From an uncultured bacterium (GTDB lineage Bacteria > Auribacterota > Erginobacteria > Erginobacterales > Erginobacteraceae), in assembly GCA_963822585.1 (NCBI GenBank), contig CAWGIE010000031.1:128001-192000 (forward strand): a stretch of DNA of 64,000 bases, given 5' to 3'. This document shows positions 28,733-38,708 of the stretch, one piece after another; the first letter of the stretch is position 1, and each line of letters begins with the position of its first letter. The position numbers were made by a program, and so were the translations under genes. The notes under the pieces were generated by a model, which worked only from the letters and a program-made list of their open reading frames with translations, was not told where the DNA came from and made no database searches.

Positions 28733-29746
28733 TCAGCAGGAAAGAAAACCCCGGTTTATATTGACATCTCCCACATATATGATGCGGGAACCGGACCAAT
28801 CAAACTGGAAGGTCAGTTCAGGGAGTCCGCACAATGCCTTGCGAAGCATTTCCTGGTTTTCCGGCTCGCAGTAAAACAAAAAGAATCCCCCTCCCCCCGC
28901 TCCCAGCAGCTTACCGCCCAGGGCTCCGTGCTCCAGAGCCCTCTGATAATATTTATCGATATAGTCACTGCTGATCTTATCCGTGAGGGCGCGCTTCAGG
29001 AGCCACCCCTCATGGAGAACGCGGGCAAACCCTCTCAGGTCCCCGGCAGTTAGATAATCGCGCATCTCGAAAGCAAGCTCGACCATTCGGCCCATATTCT
29101 CAAACTTTTTTTCGGAGAGCGAGACCTGCTTCCGCTGATCCTCCAGGATTTCTCCCGTCCGGCGCTGCTCGCCGGTGTAAAAAAGCAGGAGGTTTTTTTC
29201 CAGCTCAATGATGGTCTCCTTGGGGAGTGTGAGGGGGGTAACAACCACGGATTCATCGGAGTTGAACTCGATGAAGTTCAAGCCCCCGTAGGCGGCGGCG
29301 TATTGGTCCTGCTTGCCGATTGGTTCCCCCAGCCGGTCGATCTCGATCTCGCACGCCTTGCTCGCCAGTTTATTCTTGCTGCAGAAGGTGCCGCGATAGG
29401 CATAGACGGCGTGGAGCAGGGCCACTGAAAAAGAACTGGACGATCCGAGACCGGTTCCGGAAGGAATGTCGGCCGTGGAGACGATCTCCACGCCGCCCTG
29501 AGGCCATAATTCTTTTAAAACTTCCCGAAAAACGGGATGCCTGATCTTCGCCATGGCGTCGACCAGTTCATTCTGTGAATACTTGAGCAGGGTCTGCCGG
29601 GCATTGAAATACGGATGGACCGAGATGTAGATATACTTATCGATCGTGGTGGAGAGCACCGCGCCGCGGCGCTGTTGATAGAAAAAAGGAATGTCCGTGC
29701 CTCCTCCGGAAAAACTGATCCGGAAAGGCGCGCTGGAAATTATCAT
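28733..29746 (-). CDS. hddA: GHMP sugar kinase, D-glycero-D-manno-heptose 7-phosphate kinase type
   Basis: APFRISFSGGGTD, PSGTGLGSSS, GKQDQYAAAYGG, GGKLLGAGGGG. Confidence 0.88.
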   Translation of the reverse strand: MIISSAPFRISFSGGGTDIPFFYQQRRGAVLSTTIDKYIYISVHPYFNARQTLLKYSQNELVDAMAKIRHPVFREVLKELWPQGGVEIVSTADIPSGTGLGSSSSFSVALLHAVYAYRGTFCSKNKLASKACEIEIDRLGEPIGKQDQYAAAYGGLNFIEFNSDESVVVTPLTLPKETIIELEKNLLLFYTGEQRRTGEILEDQRKQVSLSEKKFENMGRMVELAFEMRDYLTAGDLRGFARVLHEGWLLKRALTDKISSDYIDKYYQRALEHGALGGKLLGAGGGGFFLFYCEPENQEMLRKALCGLPELTFQFDWSGSRIIYVGDVNINRGFLSC

Positions 29747-29832
29747 GTCGTTTTCACCCTCTTGTTCAGCTTACCCGTCACTCAGATCAGGGATTATTCA
29801 TGAAAAACGAAAATTCTCAAGAATATTCCAGG

Positions 29833-31155
29833 CTAAAAACCTTTTCCGTGTTCCTGTCTTGAATAACCTATTATCCGGACCGCTGCTTCCGGCAGGTCGG
29901 CGCAATGTACATCCGGGGCAACCGGGTATCTACCGTCGCTCCCTCCGTAACCGGTGGCGACGAGAACGCTCCTGATCCCGGCCCGGCGGGCGGTCTCCAG
30001 GTCCACTGTCGTATCCCCGATCAGCCAGGATGAAGCAAGGTCGATAGTGAACTCCCGACGGGCCTGATCGATCAGGAAGGTCCCGGGTTTGCGGCAGCCG
30101 CAGGGTATTTTGAGCTCGGGGACTTCTCCCGGGAAGCCGCGGTCGGGATGGTGAGGGCAGAAATAGATCGCGTCCAACCGGGCGCCTTTTCGTCCCAGCA
30201 GAGTCTCCAATTTGTTGTGGATGGTGGCGAGGTCGGCGATGGTGCACATCCCCCGGGCGATTACCGGCTGGTTGGTGACCATGATGGCCAGATAGCCCGC
30301 CGCGTTAATTTTTCGAAGGGCTTCCGCCGCGCCCGGCAACAACTCGAGGTCCTCCGGCCGGCAGAGATGCCCGACTTCCCGGACCAGTACGCCGTCCCGG
30401 TCAAGAAAAACCGCCGGCCGGGGGTTCCCCCGGTGCATCCGGGCAATCTTTCCCGACTCCCAGTCTTCGGCAACCTCCCGGTAGCGGTCGGGAGTCCCGG
30501 CGTCCTTGATGTATTCCGCGGTCCGGTAGGACTGAAGATGCAGTCCCTTGCGAAGCGCCTCCGGGAAGATATCCCGCGCGCAGTCGGTCGGTCGGGTCCG
30601 GGGAATGCATTTGAGGATGGCCGGTTCGAGCACATAGACGCCCGCATTGGTCAGGTTGGGAAGCCAGGCTCCTTCCGGATGCGGCTTGGGGAGAAAACGG
30701 ATCACCCTCATCTCTCCATCTACCTCCAGCAGATCGCTGTCGTACGGATGGTCGTTGGAGTGAACCGCCAGGGTGGCCGCAGCAGCGGCGGCATGGTGGC
30801 GGCGGATCAATTCCACCAGGTCCATCCAGATCATCACATCGCCATAGAGAACCAGCAGGGTCTGGTCGGCTTTCGGAAAAGCGTTGCGAAGGCAACCGGC
30901 GGTTCCGAGGGGAACGTCTTCGGTCGCGTAGCTGATCGTTGCTCCCCAACGGCGTCCGTCGCCGAAATAGTCCGCGATGACAGGGGAGAGGTGCCTGATG
31001 CAGAGGGTGATATCGTTGATCCCGGATTGTCTGAGGAGTTCGACCTGGTGCTCGAGAATCGGCTTGCCCCCGATGGGAAGCATCGGCTTGGGGATGGTCT
31101 CCGATATCTTCCCCATCCTGGTCCCGATCCCGCCCGCAATAATGGCCGCCTTCAT
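29833..31155 (-). CDS. Fused sugar-1-P nucleotidyltransferase (HddC-like) and heptose bisphosphate phosphatase (GmhB-like)
   Basis: AGGIGTRM..PKPM, PLGTAG; then FLDRDGVL, VTNQP, CPHHP..CGCRKP. Confidence 0.9.
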   Translation of the reverse strand: MKAAIIAGGIGTRMGKISETIPKPMLPIGGKPILEHQVELLRQSGINDITLCIRHLSPVIADYFGDGRRWGATISYATEDVPLGTAGCLRNAFPKADQTLLVLYGDVMIWMDLVELIRRHHAAAAAATLAVHSNDHPYDSDLLEVDGEMRVIRFLPKPHPEGAWLPNLTNAGVYVLEPAILKCIPRTRPTDCARDIFPEALRKGLHLQSYRTAEYIKDAGTPDRYREVAEDWESGKIARMHRGNPRPAVFLDRDGVLVREVGHLCRPEDLELLPGAAEALRKINAAGYLAIMVTNQPVIARGMCTIADLATIHNKLETLLGRKGARLDAIYFCPHHPDRGFPGEVPELKIPCGCRKPGTFLIDQARREFTIDLASSWLIGDTTVDLETARRAGIRSVLVATGYGGSDGRYPVAPDVHCADLPEAAVRIIGYSRQEHGKGF

Positions 31156-31297
31156 TAATAAATTAGCTCGCGCAGTTTACCCCGATAAAATCGGGGCTGG
31201 CAAATGTATGTTTTGCACCAAGACTGGAATGATTCCATTGAGGCAATACCTGTAACTTAAAATACTTCTGTAATAGTGCTCCAATGCTTGCATATTC

Positions 31298-32269
31298 TTA
31301 TTTTTCCAAAGGAAAAATAAGAGGATGAAGTGCCTCCCGAACGGAGGTCCGGATCGCTTCGTCCGACGTGAAACGGGGTTGCCAGCCGAGTTTTTTAATC
31401 CGGGAGAAATCATACCGGTAGTGGGGAACGTCGCCTTCCCAGCCGGCCGCGCCCCCGGTGAAGTCGAACGGGATATTCCCCAAACCCATCTCATCAACCA
31501 CGATTTCGGCGATCCGCCTGACGGTGGTCCTGGTCGCAACGCCGATGTTGAGACAGTTGATAGCCCCCGACAACCTGCGACGACCGAGTAGCATGGCGTC
31601 GATCAGGTCCCGGATGTGCAGGTAAGGCTTACACTGTTCCCCGTCGCCGAGGATGACAAGCCGGGTGGGATCATCCCGGAGTCTCTTGATGAAGTCATGG
31701 ACCACCCCGTGGGTCAGCCGGTCGCCCACGACATTCGGAAACCGGTATATCCAGGTGCGCATTGCGAACCGGTGGGCGAAGGCAGAGATGTAGGACTCAC
31801 CGGCGTTTTTGGCGGCACCGTAAAATGAAACCGGGCGAAGCGGCCCGTGATCCTCGCTGATTTCCCGATCCACTTCCCCGTAGATGGCGGAACTGCTGGC
31901 GAAGACAAGTTCTTTGACGTTGAATTTCCTCATTGCGTCAAGGACGCGGAAGGTAGTCAGAAAAGTCAGGTTAAGGTCGCGGTCGGTCTCCCGGCTCCCT
32001 CGTTGGATGTCCGAGTTGGCGGCCATATGGAAGACGGTCTTGAAGCCGCCATTTTGAAAAAGGGGGTCGAGGGCGCCCGCATCGAGGAGATCCTCCCGGA
32101 TGAAGGTAAAATGCGGGTTTTTCAGGGCCTGTCCCAGGTTCTCGCGGCGCCCCAGGCTGAGGTCGTCGACCGCGGTCACGGCGGCCCCCTCCCCCAGGAG
32201 GCGGTCGCAGAGATGGGAGCCGATGAATCCGGCGCCACCGGTTACCAGGATATGAGGTTTCTCTCCCAT
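31298..32269 (-). CDS. NAD-dependent epimerase/dehydratase
   Basis: TGGAGFIGSH, FASSSAIYG, YGAAK. Confidence 0.92.
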   Translation of the reverse strand: MGEKPHILVTGGAGFIGSHLCDRLLGEGAAVTAVDDLSLGRRENLGQALKNPHFTFIREDLLDAGALDPLFQNGGFKTVFHMAANSDIQRGSRETDRDLNLTFLTTFRVLDAMRKFNVKELVFASSSAIYGEVDREISEDHGPLRPVSFYGAAKNAGESYISAFAHRFAMRTWIYRFPNVVGDRLTHGVVHDFIKRLRDDPTRLVILGDGEQCKPYLHIRDLIDAMLLGRRRLSGAINCLNIGVATRTTVRRIAEIVVDEMGLGNIPFDFTGGAAGWEGDVPHYRYDFSRIKKLGWQPRFTSDEAIRTSVREALHPLIFPLEK

Positions 32270-32556
32270 GTGAATAAGTCGATGTTGGCCGTGGTGAGGA
32301 CTTCCGTCCGCGTGGTTGTCTTCAGGAATTCATTTCTCACGGTAAAACTCCCCCGATTGATTCACTCGGGGGAGTCTACTTTAATTACGAGTCCAGCAAG
32401 CTGATACATGGAGATGCCTACTATACTCACCCCCCGGGCCTTTTCAATCCTAAACTGGGTGGGCGGCGCAACCGGAAGGGGATTTAATTTATTGTCCCGG
32501 GTGTATCCTCCCTGTTATTATGCCGCCGAAGGACCTAACAGCCAAAAGGGCATGCC

Positions 32557-34122
32557 ATGTTCCACAGATACGCGTCCGCTATTTTTTTACTATGCCTTAT
32601 CGGTCTGCTGACCCTGTTCTACTCCCCGTCTTTCAGCAATCCGCCGCGGAGCGATTACTGGGTCGCTCTCTACTACTTCCATCTGGCTGATACTTCCTCT
32701 CAACCCCTGAGCTGGCTTTCTCTCTGTAATTATGATCCCTGGGAACACGGAACGTACCGCCCGATCTCTCATCTCCTCCTTTACCTGGAGCACAAGCTCT
32801 TCGGAGTCCATTTCATCGGCAACCATCTGGTTAACTTCTTTATGTACTGCCTCAGCATCGTTCTCCTCTACCTGCTGGCGATCAAACTGAATCTCGACAA
32901 ATTTCTCACCGCTGTTTTCCTGACCGTCTATGCATTCCTCTTCTCTCACTTCGATATCGTTACCTGGACCTTCCAGATCTTCACTACCATGAGTTTTTCG
33001 GCCTTCCTTCTGGGCTTTTTACTCTACCTGACCTTTCTGGAGACCGGACGGAGAGGGCTCCTCTTCATCATCGGGGTCCTCTTCCTCTTCGGGATGTACT
33101 GTTTCGAGCTCTACGCGCTCTGGCCCCTGGCGCTTATCCTGCTGGCCCGGGGCCGGCATTACTTCCTGGCGTCCGCGCAACCAGTCCCCCGGAAAAATCC
33201 ACTGAGGCCGACCTCCTGGCTGCTCGCCGCCGTCTATTTTCTCTATCTGGCCGTCTTCCTTCTGACCCGCCTGGCCGGCCCTACAACCGGGGAACTTCCG
33301 AAGCTGAACCCGGGGCTGGTGCTTCTGGGAGGATGCTCCGTCTTTTTCAATCTCGTCTATAACGGGATCCTTGTTAACCTGGTGCCGTTTGTGACCGAAC
33401 CCCTGGTCATCCGGGACAACCTGGACATGGCCGGGGTACTGGTCGGCTGGTATTCATCCCTGCCGGCCATCATCTGCTGGACCGGAGGGATAAGCGTTCT
33501 CCTTCTCTCTGTCGCCGCTGTCGTCCTCTATCGCCGGAAAAAAGCGCGGCCTCTTTTTATGCTGTCCTTCCTCATGTTCCTGCTCTTCACCTACTATTTT
33601 ATCGTCAGCGTATCGAGATTGACCACCAATGATGTCTGGTATCCGTTCACCCAGTTCCGCTACCAGTATGTCGCCAACGCCGTGCTCGTCCTGATAGTGG
33701 TCACGGTTCTCACCGGGGTTGTCCATCTCCGGCGTTTGGGGAAAATCGCCACCTGCTGCCTTCTCCTCCCGGTACTCGCGGTCAACATGCAGCTCAGTCA
33801 TAAATACATGACCCGCATCGACCGGGAACTGAAGCCGCTGGGCGTACTTCTGGCCACCATTCATTCCGGCATGAAGAAAGGGGAGATCACCCCCCGGGCG
33901 AAACTCTTCATCGAGGACGGTATTACCGGGCATCTTCCCCCGCTCTGCTGGAACGAAGACATGGCCCGGTTTATGAAAGGCAGCTACCAGTGGTTTTTTC
34001 CCACGGACCGACAGACCTGTTTCACCTTCTCCCGGTCCGAGGCGTCCTGGATAGTCAGGGAAAACGACTACCGTACCATTTATGGCGTCCATTCCGGGAA
34101 ACGTCTCCGGATCACCGAATAA
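32557..34122 (+). CDS. Polytopic membrane protein, putative GT-C glycosyltransferase
   Basis: PPRSDYW after TM1, GTYRP, about 12 TMs, late RYQY motif. Confidence 0.7.
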   Translation: MFHRYASAIFLLCLIGLLTLFYSPSFSNPPRSDYWVALYYFHLADTSSQPLSWLSLCNYDPWEHGTYRPISHLLLYLEHKLFGVHFIGNHLVNFFMYCLSIVLLYLLAIKLNLDKFLTAVFLTVYAFLFSHFDIVTWTFQIFTTMSFSAFLLGFLLYLTFLETGRRGLLFIIGVLFLFGMYCFELYALWPLALILLARGRHYFLASAQPVPRKNPLRPTSWLLAAVYFLYLAVFLLTRLAGPTTGELPKLNPGLVLLGGCSVFFNLVYNGILVNLVPFVTEPLVIRDNLDMAGVLVGWYSSLPAIICWTGGISVLLLSVAAVVLYRRKKARPLFMLSFLMFLLFTYYFIVSVSRLTTNDVWYPFTQFRYQYVANAVLVLIVVTVLTGVVHLRRLGKIATCCLLLPVLAVNMQLSHKYMTRIDRELKPLGVLLATIHSGMKKGEITPRAKLFIEDGITGHLPPLCWNEDMARFMKGSYQWFFPTDRQTCFTFSRSEASWIVRENDYRTIYGVHSGKRLRITE

Positions 34123-34123
34123 A

Positions 34124-35696
34124 ATGAAACCAACCTCCGGGCAGAAAGAGATCGGCTGGGAACGGTACGGCGTGTTTATCTACTTCGCCGTTTTGCTTCT
34201 GGCATTGCTGGTTTTGTTTCTCCCTTCGTTCGATAACCCTCCCCGCAGCGATTACTGGTCGGCCTTTTATGTTTTTCAGCAGGTTGAAGCCTCTCCCGCC
34301 CCCCCCAACTGGCCCTCCATCCTGACCTTCGACCTCTGGCAGCACGGGACCTATCGCCCTCTTTCCCATCTGATTCTCTACCTTGAACACCTGTTTTTCA
34401 GTCCCCGGTTTATCTGGAATCACATCCTTAATTTCGCCGCCTACTCCCTGGCCGTTATCCTTCTCTACCTGCTGGCGCTGCGGCTGGCCCTGGACAGGGT
34501 CCTGACGGCCGCTCTGCTGACCGTCTTCGCCTTTCTCTTCTCCCATTTCGATATCCTGACCTGGACTTTTCAGATTTGGAGCGTCCTCGCTTTTTGCGCC
34601 TTACTGCTCGGATTTATTCTCTTTATTGACCACCTCCGTTCCCGGCGTGCCATCATCCTGGTCCCGGTCGGGGTCCTCTTTCTTTTCGGCATGCTCTGCT
34701 CCGAGGTGTACGCTCTCTGGCCTCTGGCGGTTCTTATCCTCCCCTTCTCCCTTTTCCGGGACAGCGAAGGGAAAAAACAGGCGCCGGGACGGTACACCCT
34801 GATAATGCTGGGGAGTCGTATATCTTCTCTACCTGGCGGGTTTCATCATCCAGCGTTCGGGGGCAGCCACCACCGGTCCTCTCCCCGCCGTCACCCCCGG
34901 TTTGATCGTCTCCTCCATCCTGATGGTATTCTTTAACCTGTTCTATAACGGAATCGCCGTCAACATCCTGCCCTTTCTGGCCGTCCCTCTTTTTTACAAT
35001 GACAACATCAACCTGGGAGGAATTCTCTGGAGATGGGAAGCGGATCTGGATACCATCGTTCTCTGGCTGGGCTTGGCGGCGGCGCTCCTCCTGGGAGCGG
35101 GAGGAGTCCTGCTCCTGCGGGAAAAGAAGCGCCCGACGCTTTCTTTGCTGGCCTTCTTTTTTTATCTCTACTTCACCAACTTGTTCATCGTCGCCACGGC
35201 CCGCATGACCACCGATCCGGTCTTTTATCCGCTCTCCCAGTTCCGTTATCAGTATGTTCCCAACGCGCTCCTCTCGTTGCTGGCGGCGGCAGCGATCGGA
35301 AGTTTGCTCCGGCCGGGACGGCGCGGAAAACTGTTTATCTGCTTGATACTTCTGCCCGTGTTGGTCTTTAATATATCCCTGATCCATCAGCAGATGCTCG
35401 TCCTGGAGAATCGTCTCCGGCCCCTCCGGGTGATCCTGAACAATATCAGCCGGGGGATGGAGGAGGGACTGATTACGGAAAAGGACCGGCTTTTCATCGA
35501 GCAAGGCGTGGCGAAGAAGCTTCCCGCCCCGTCATGGAACAATAACATGGGCCGCTTCATGGAGGGATCTTTCCAATGGTACTATCCCGCCGCCGAGATG
35601 AAAAAATTTACCTTCTCCCCGGAGGAAGCAACATGGATAATACGCCGGGATGATTACGGGAGAATAGTTGATAAGAATGGGAACGAGATGGAGTAA
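34124..35696 (+). pseudogene. Tandem paralog of 32557-34122 with a +1 frameshift in GGGG at 34810-34813 (possibly a sequencing error)
   Basis: Shares PPRSDYW, HGTYRP, QFRYQYV; span is 3n+1; deleting one G gives MLGVVYLLYL, matching the paralog's LLAAVYFLYL. Confidence 0.8.
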
Positions 35697-35772
35697 TGGA
35701 GTAATGGAGTAATGGAAATCGATGCCGGCACTGCTTCTCCAACACTCCGGCACTCCAATACTCCAGCACTCC
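35690..35772. repeat. Inverted octamer element overlapping a stop codon
   Basis: 3 x ggagtaat ... aacactcc ggcactcc aatactcc agcactcc. Confidence 0.85.
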
Positions 35773-35791
35773 TTGTCGCCTGCTGAATAGT

Positions 35792-36817
35792 ATGGAATCG
35801 AATACAGCATTAACAAAACGTGGAACGAGTCCCCTGAAATCACTGGTCACCGGCGGCGCCGGCTTCATCGGCAGTCACCTGGTGGAGGCCCTCCTCAACC
35901 GGGGGGACGACGTGATTGTTCTCGACAATTGCTCCACCGGGAGACGGGAGAACCTGGAACTGCTGGAGGGGAGCGAGTCGATCGAATTTCACCAGGTGGA
36001 TATCGCCGATCTTCCTTCGATCAGAGATTTCTTCCGGGGAGTCGATCGTGTCTTCCACCTGGCCGCTCTGGCCGATATCGTCCCCTCGATCCAGAACCCG
36101 CTCGCCTATCACCGCTCCAACGTGGACGGAACGATCAGCATTCTCGAAGCCGCCCGGGCGGCCGGTGTCAAACGGTTGATTTACGCGGCGTCCTCGTCCT
36201 GCTACGGCATCCCCGATACGTACCCGACGCCGGAGACGGCCCCCGCTCAACCCCAGTATCCTTATGCGCTGACCAAGTATGTGGGCGAACAGTATCTGCT
36301 CCACTGGGGAACTGTTTACGGCCTCCCGGTCGTCTCCCTCCGCTTCTTCAATGTCTACGGCCCCCGTTCCCGGACGTCAGGCACCTACGGGGCGGTCTTC
36401 GGCATTTTTTTGGCCCAGAAACTGGCCGGGAGACCATTTACCGTGGTGGGGGACGGCACCCAGACCCGGGACTTCACCTTCGTGACCGACGTGGTCCGCG
36501 CCTGCCTTTCCGCCGCGGAATCCGATCTTGAGGGAGAAGTCCTCAATGTCGCCAGCGGTACGCCGGTCAGCGTGAACCGGCTGGTGGAACTGCTGGGGGG
36601 AGAGGTGATTCACATCCCGAAGCGGCCGGGGGAGCCGGACCGCACCCATGCCGACATTTCCAAGATCCGGCGACTGCTCGGATGGCAACCGGAAATAACC
36701 ATCGAGAAAGGCGTCGGGATACTGCTCGATAATATCGACTACTGGCGGCCAGCGCCGGTCTGGACGCCCGAAACCATCGCCGAGGCGACGAAAGATTGGT
36801 TCAAATATCTTGGATAG
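35792..36817 (+). CDS. NAD-dependent epimerase/dehydratase (SDR)
   Basis: TGGAGFIGSH, YAASSSCYG, YALTK, FNVYGPR. Confidence 0.92.
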   Translation: MESNTALTKRGTSPLKSLVTGGAGFIGSHLVEALLNRGDDVIVLDNCSTGRRENLELLEGSESIEFHQVDIADLPSIRDFFRGVDRVFHLAALADIVPSIQNPLAYHRSNVDGTISILEAARAAGVKRLIYAASSSCYGIPDTYPTPETAPAQPQYPYALTKYVGEQYLLHWGTVYGLPVVSLRFFNVYGPRSRTSGTYGAVFGIFLAQKLAGRPFTVVGDGTQTRDFTFVTDVVRACLSAAESDLEGEVLNVASGTPVSVNRLVELLGGEVIHIPKRPGEPDRTHADISKIRRLLGWQPEITIEKGVGILLDNIDYWRPAPVWTPETIAEATKDWFKYLG

Positions 36818-36865
36818 AAAAAGTATTTTGAATGAGACATGCCATAATACTATTCAAGCTGAAGA

Positions 36866-36932
36866 GTAATCAGTGATCGGTAATCAGTATTTCGCCAGGC
36901 CAACGCCGCACTGATTACCGATCACTGATTGC
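36866..36932. repeat. Gene-less inverted heptamer element (3+3 units)
   Basis: gtaatca gtgatcg gtaatca ... tgattac cgatcac tgattgc. Confidence 0.85.
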
Positions 36933-37019
36933 TATTATTGGGGGCCGAGGCGGGGGATAAACATTCACATTCAATCACATTCAATTCGTCTGTTATAAAT
37001 GGGGGGTGAGGGGGGTAAT

Positions 37020-38555
37020 ATGAGCCCAATTAAATCCTACGATAAGATCAAAACTCTCGACGAACTGGAAAAGATCATCGCCGCGCTGAAGAAAAAGGGC
37101 AAAAAGGTCGTCCTCTGCCACGGCGTCTTCGACCTTCTCCATCCCGGCCACATCAAGCACTTCGAGGCCGCCCGGCGGCAGGGGGATGTCCTGGTGGTCA
37201 CCCTGACCGAAGACCGCTACGTCGGCAAGGGCCCGGGGCGGCCGGTCTTCAATCAGCGCCTCCGGGCGGAGACCCTGGCCGAGATCGAGTGCGTCGATTA
37301 CGTGACGATCAACCAATGGCCGACCGCGATCAAGACCCTTAAAAAACTCAAACCCGACGTCTATGCCAAGGGGAGCGACTACGCCGACCGGAGCCAGGAC
37401 CTGACCGGCGAGATTTATAACGAGGAAAAGGCGGTACAGGAAGGCGGGGGGAGGATCCACTTCACGGATGAAATATCCTTCAGTTCCACCGAACTGCTCA
37501 ACGTCCACTTCAGCGTCTATCACAAGGAAGCCGACGAGTTCCTCCGCGGATTCCGGAAAAAATACCGGGCCGATCGGATCATCAAAATGATGAAGGATCT
37601 GAAAAAATTAAAGGTCCTGGTCGTCGGGGACCCGATTATCGACGAGTACCACTACTGCCAGCCGATGGGGAAAGCCTGGAAGGAGACCGTCATCACCACC
37701 CGGTATCTCAACCGGGAATCGTTTGCCGGCGGGGTCCTGGCCACCGCCAATCACATCGCCGGCTTTTGCGACCGGGTCGACCTGGTGGCCTGTCTGGGAC
37801 TGGAGAATACTCAGGAGCAGTTTATCCGCGAACGGCTCAAGCCCAACGTCTCTCCCCGGTTTTTCTACCGGGAGGACGCGCCCACCGTGACCAAGCGCCG
37901 GTACGTCGATCCCGCCTTCCTCTCCAAGATGTTCGAAGTCTGCTTCCTCAACACCCGGACCCCGCCCCCCGAGGTCACCGGCAAGGTCTGCCGACATCTG
38001 GCGAAGGTCTGCCCCGATTACGATCTGGTCATCGCTTCCGATTTCGGCAACGGCTTTATCGGCGATGAGATCGTCAAGGTCCTCTGCGAAAAAGCGCCCT
38101 TTCTGGCCGTCAATACCCAGACCAACAGCGCCAACACCGGCTTCAACCTGATCACCAAGTATCCCCGGGCCGATTATGTCTGCATCGATGAACCGGAGAT
38201 ACGCCTCGCCCTGAGCGATAAGTACGGCAGCCTGGAAGAGATGATGACCAGGATCGCCGGGAGGATGGACTGCGGGCGGATCACGGTCACCCGGGGACAT
38301 AACGGCTCCCTGGGGTACGCCCCGGATACCGGGTTCATCGAGATCCCGGTTCTCTCCCGGGAGATCGTGGACCGGATCGGGGCCGGGGACGCCTACCTGG
38401 CGATCACCTCCGCCTGTGTCGCCGCCGGCTACCCCATGGACATGGTCGGCTTCGTCGGCAACGCCGTCGGCGCCCTGGCCGTCCGCATCGTCTGCAACCG
38501 GGAGGCGGTGGAGCCGGTCCCGCTCTACAAGTTCATCACCGCTCTCCTGAAGTGA
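37020..38555 (+). CDS. Bifunctional cytidylyltransferase-like domain and PfkB kinase (HldE-like, reversed domain order)
   Basis: HGVFDLLHPGH, KGSDY at the N-terminus; DRIGAGDA PfkB signature at the C-terminus. Confidence 0.88.
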   Translation: MSPIKSYDKIKTLDELEKIIAALKKKGKKVVLCHGVFDLLHPGHIKHFEAARRQGDVLVVTLTEDRYVGKGPGRPVFNQRLRAETLAEIECVDYVTINQWPTAIKTLKKLKPDVYAKGSDYADRSQDLTGEIYNEEKAVQEGGGRIHFTDEISFSSTELLNVHFSVYHKEADEFLRGFRKKYRADRIIKMMKDLKKLKVLVVGDPIIDEYHYCQPMGKAWKETVITTRYLNRESFAGGVLATANHIAGFCDRVDLVACLGLENTQEQFIRERLKPNVSPRFFYREDAPTVTKRRYVDPAFLSKMFEVCFLNTRTPPPEVTGKVCRHLAKVCPDYDLVIASDFGNGFIGDEIVKVLCEKAPFLAVNTQTNSANTGFNLITKYPRADYVCIDEPEIRLALSDKYGSLEEMMTRIAGRMDCGRITVTRGHNGSLGYAPDTGFIEIPVLSREIVDRIGAGDAYLAITSACVAAGYPMDMVGFVGNAVGALAVRIVCNREAVEPVPLYKFITALLK

Positions 38556-38585
38556 TCTCCCCCAAGGGGAGATCACTTCAGGAGA
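38543..38585. terminator. Perfect 20-bp inverted repeat with 3-nt loop overlapping a stop codon
   Basis: tctcctgaagtgatctcccc-caa-ggggagatcacttcaggaga. Confidence 0.55.
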
Positions 38586-38708
38586 TTGTTCCTTCGTGTC
38601 CGGCTCGGGCGTAGTTTCTTATATATTTAAAACCACTCAATTATATTAGAAGGTGTTTGGCGAGGAAAATACAGATTCAACTGAGATTTTCCAGAGGAAA
38701 ATTTTAAA

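Noticed and set aside
11849..36932. CRISPR array interpretation of the repeats
   Set aside because: Units are 7-8 bp tandem and inverted, without regular unique spacers; no cas1 or other cas genes seen.
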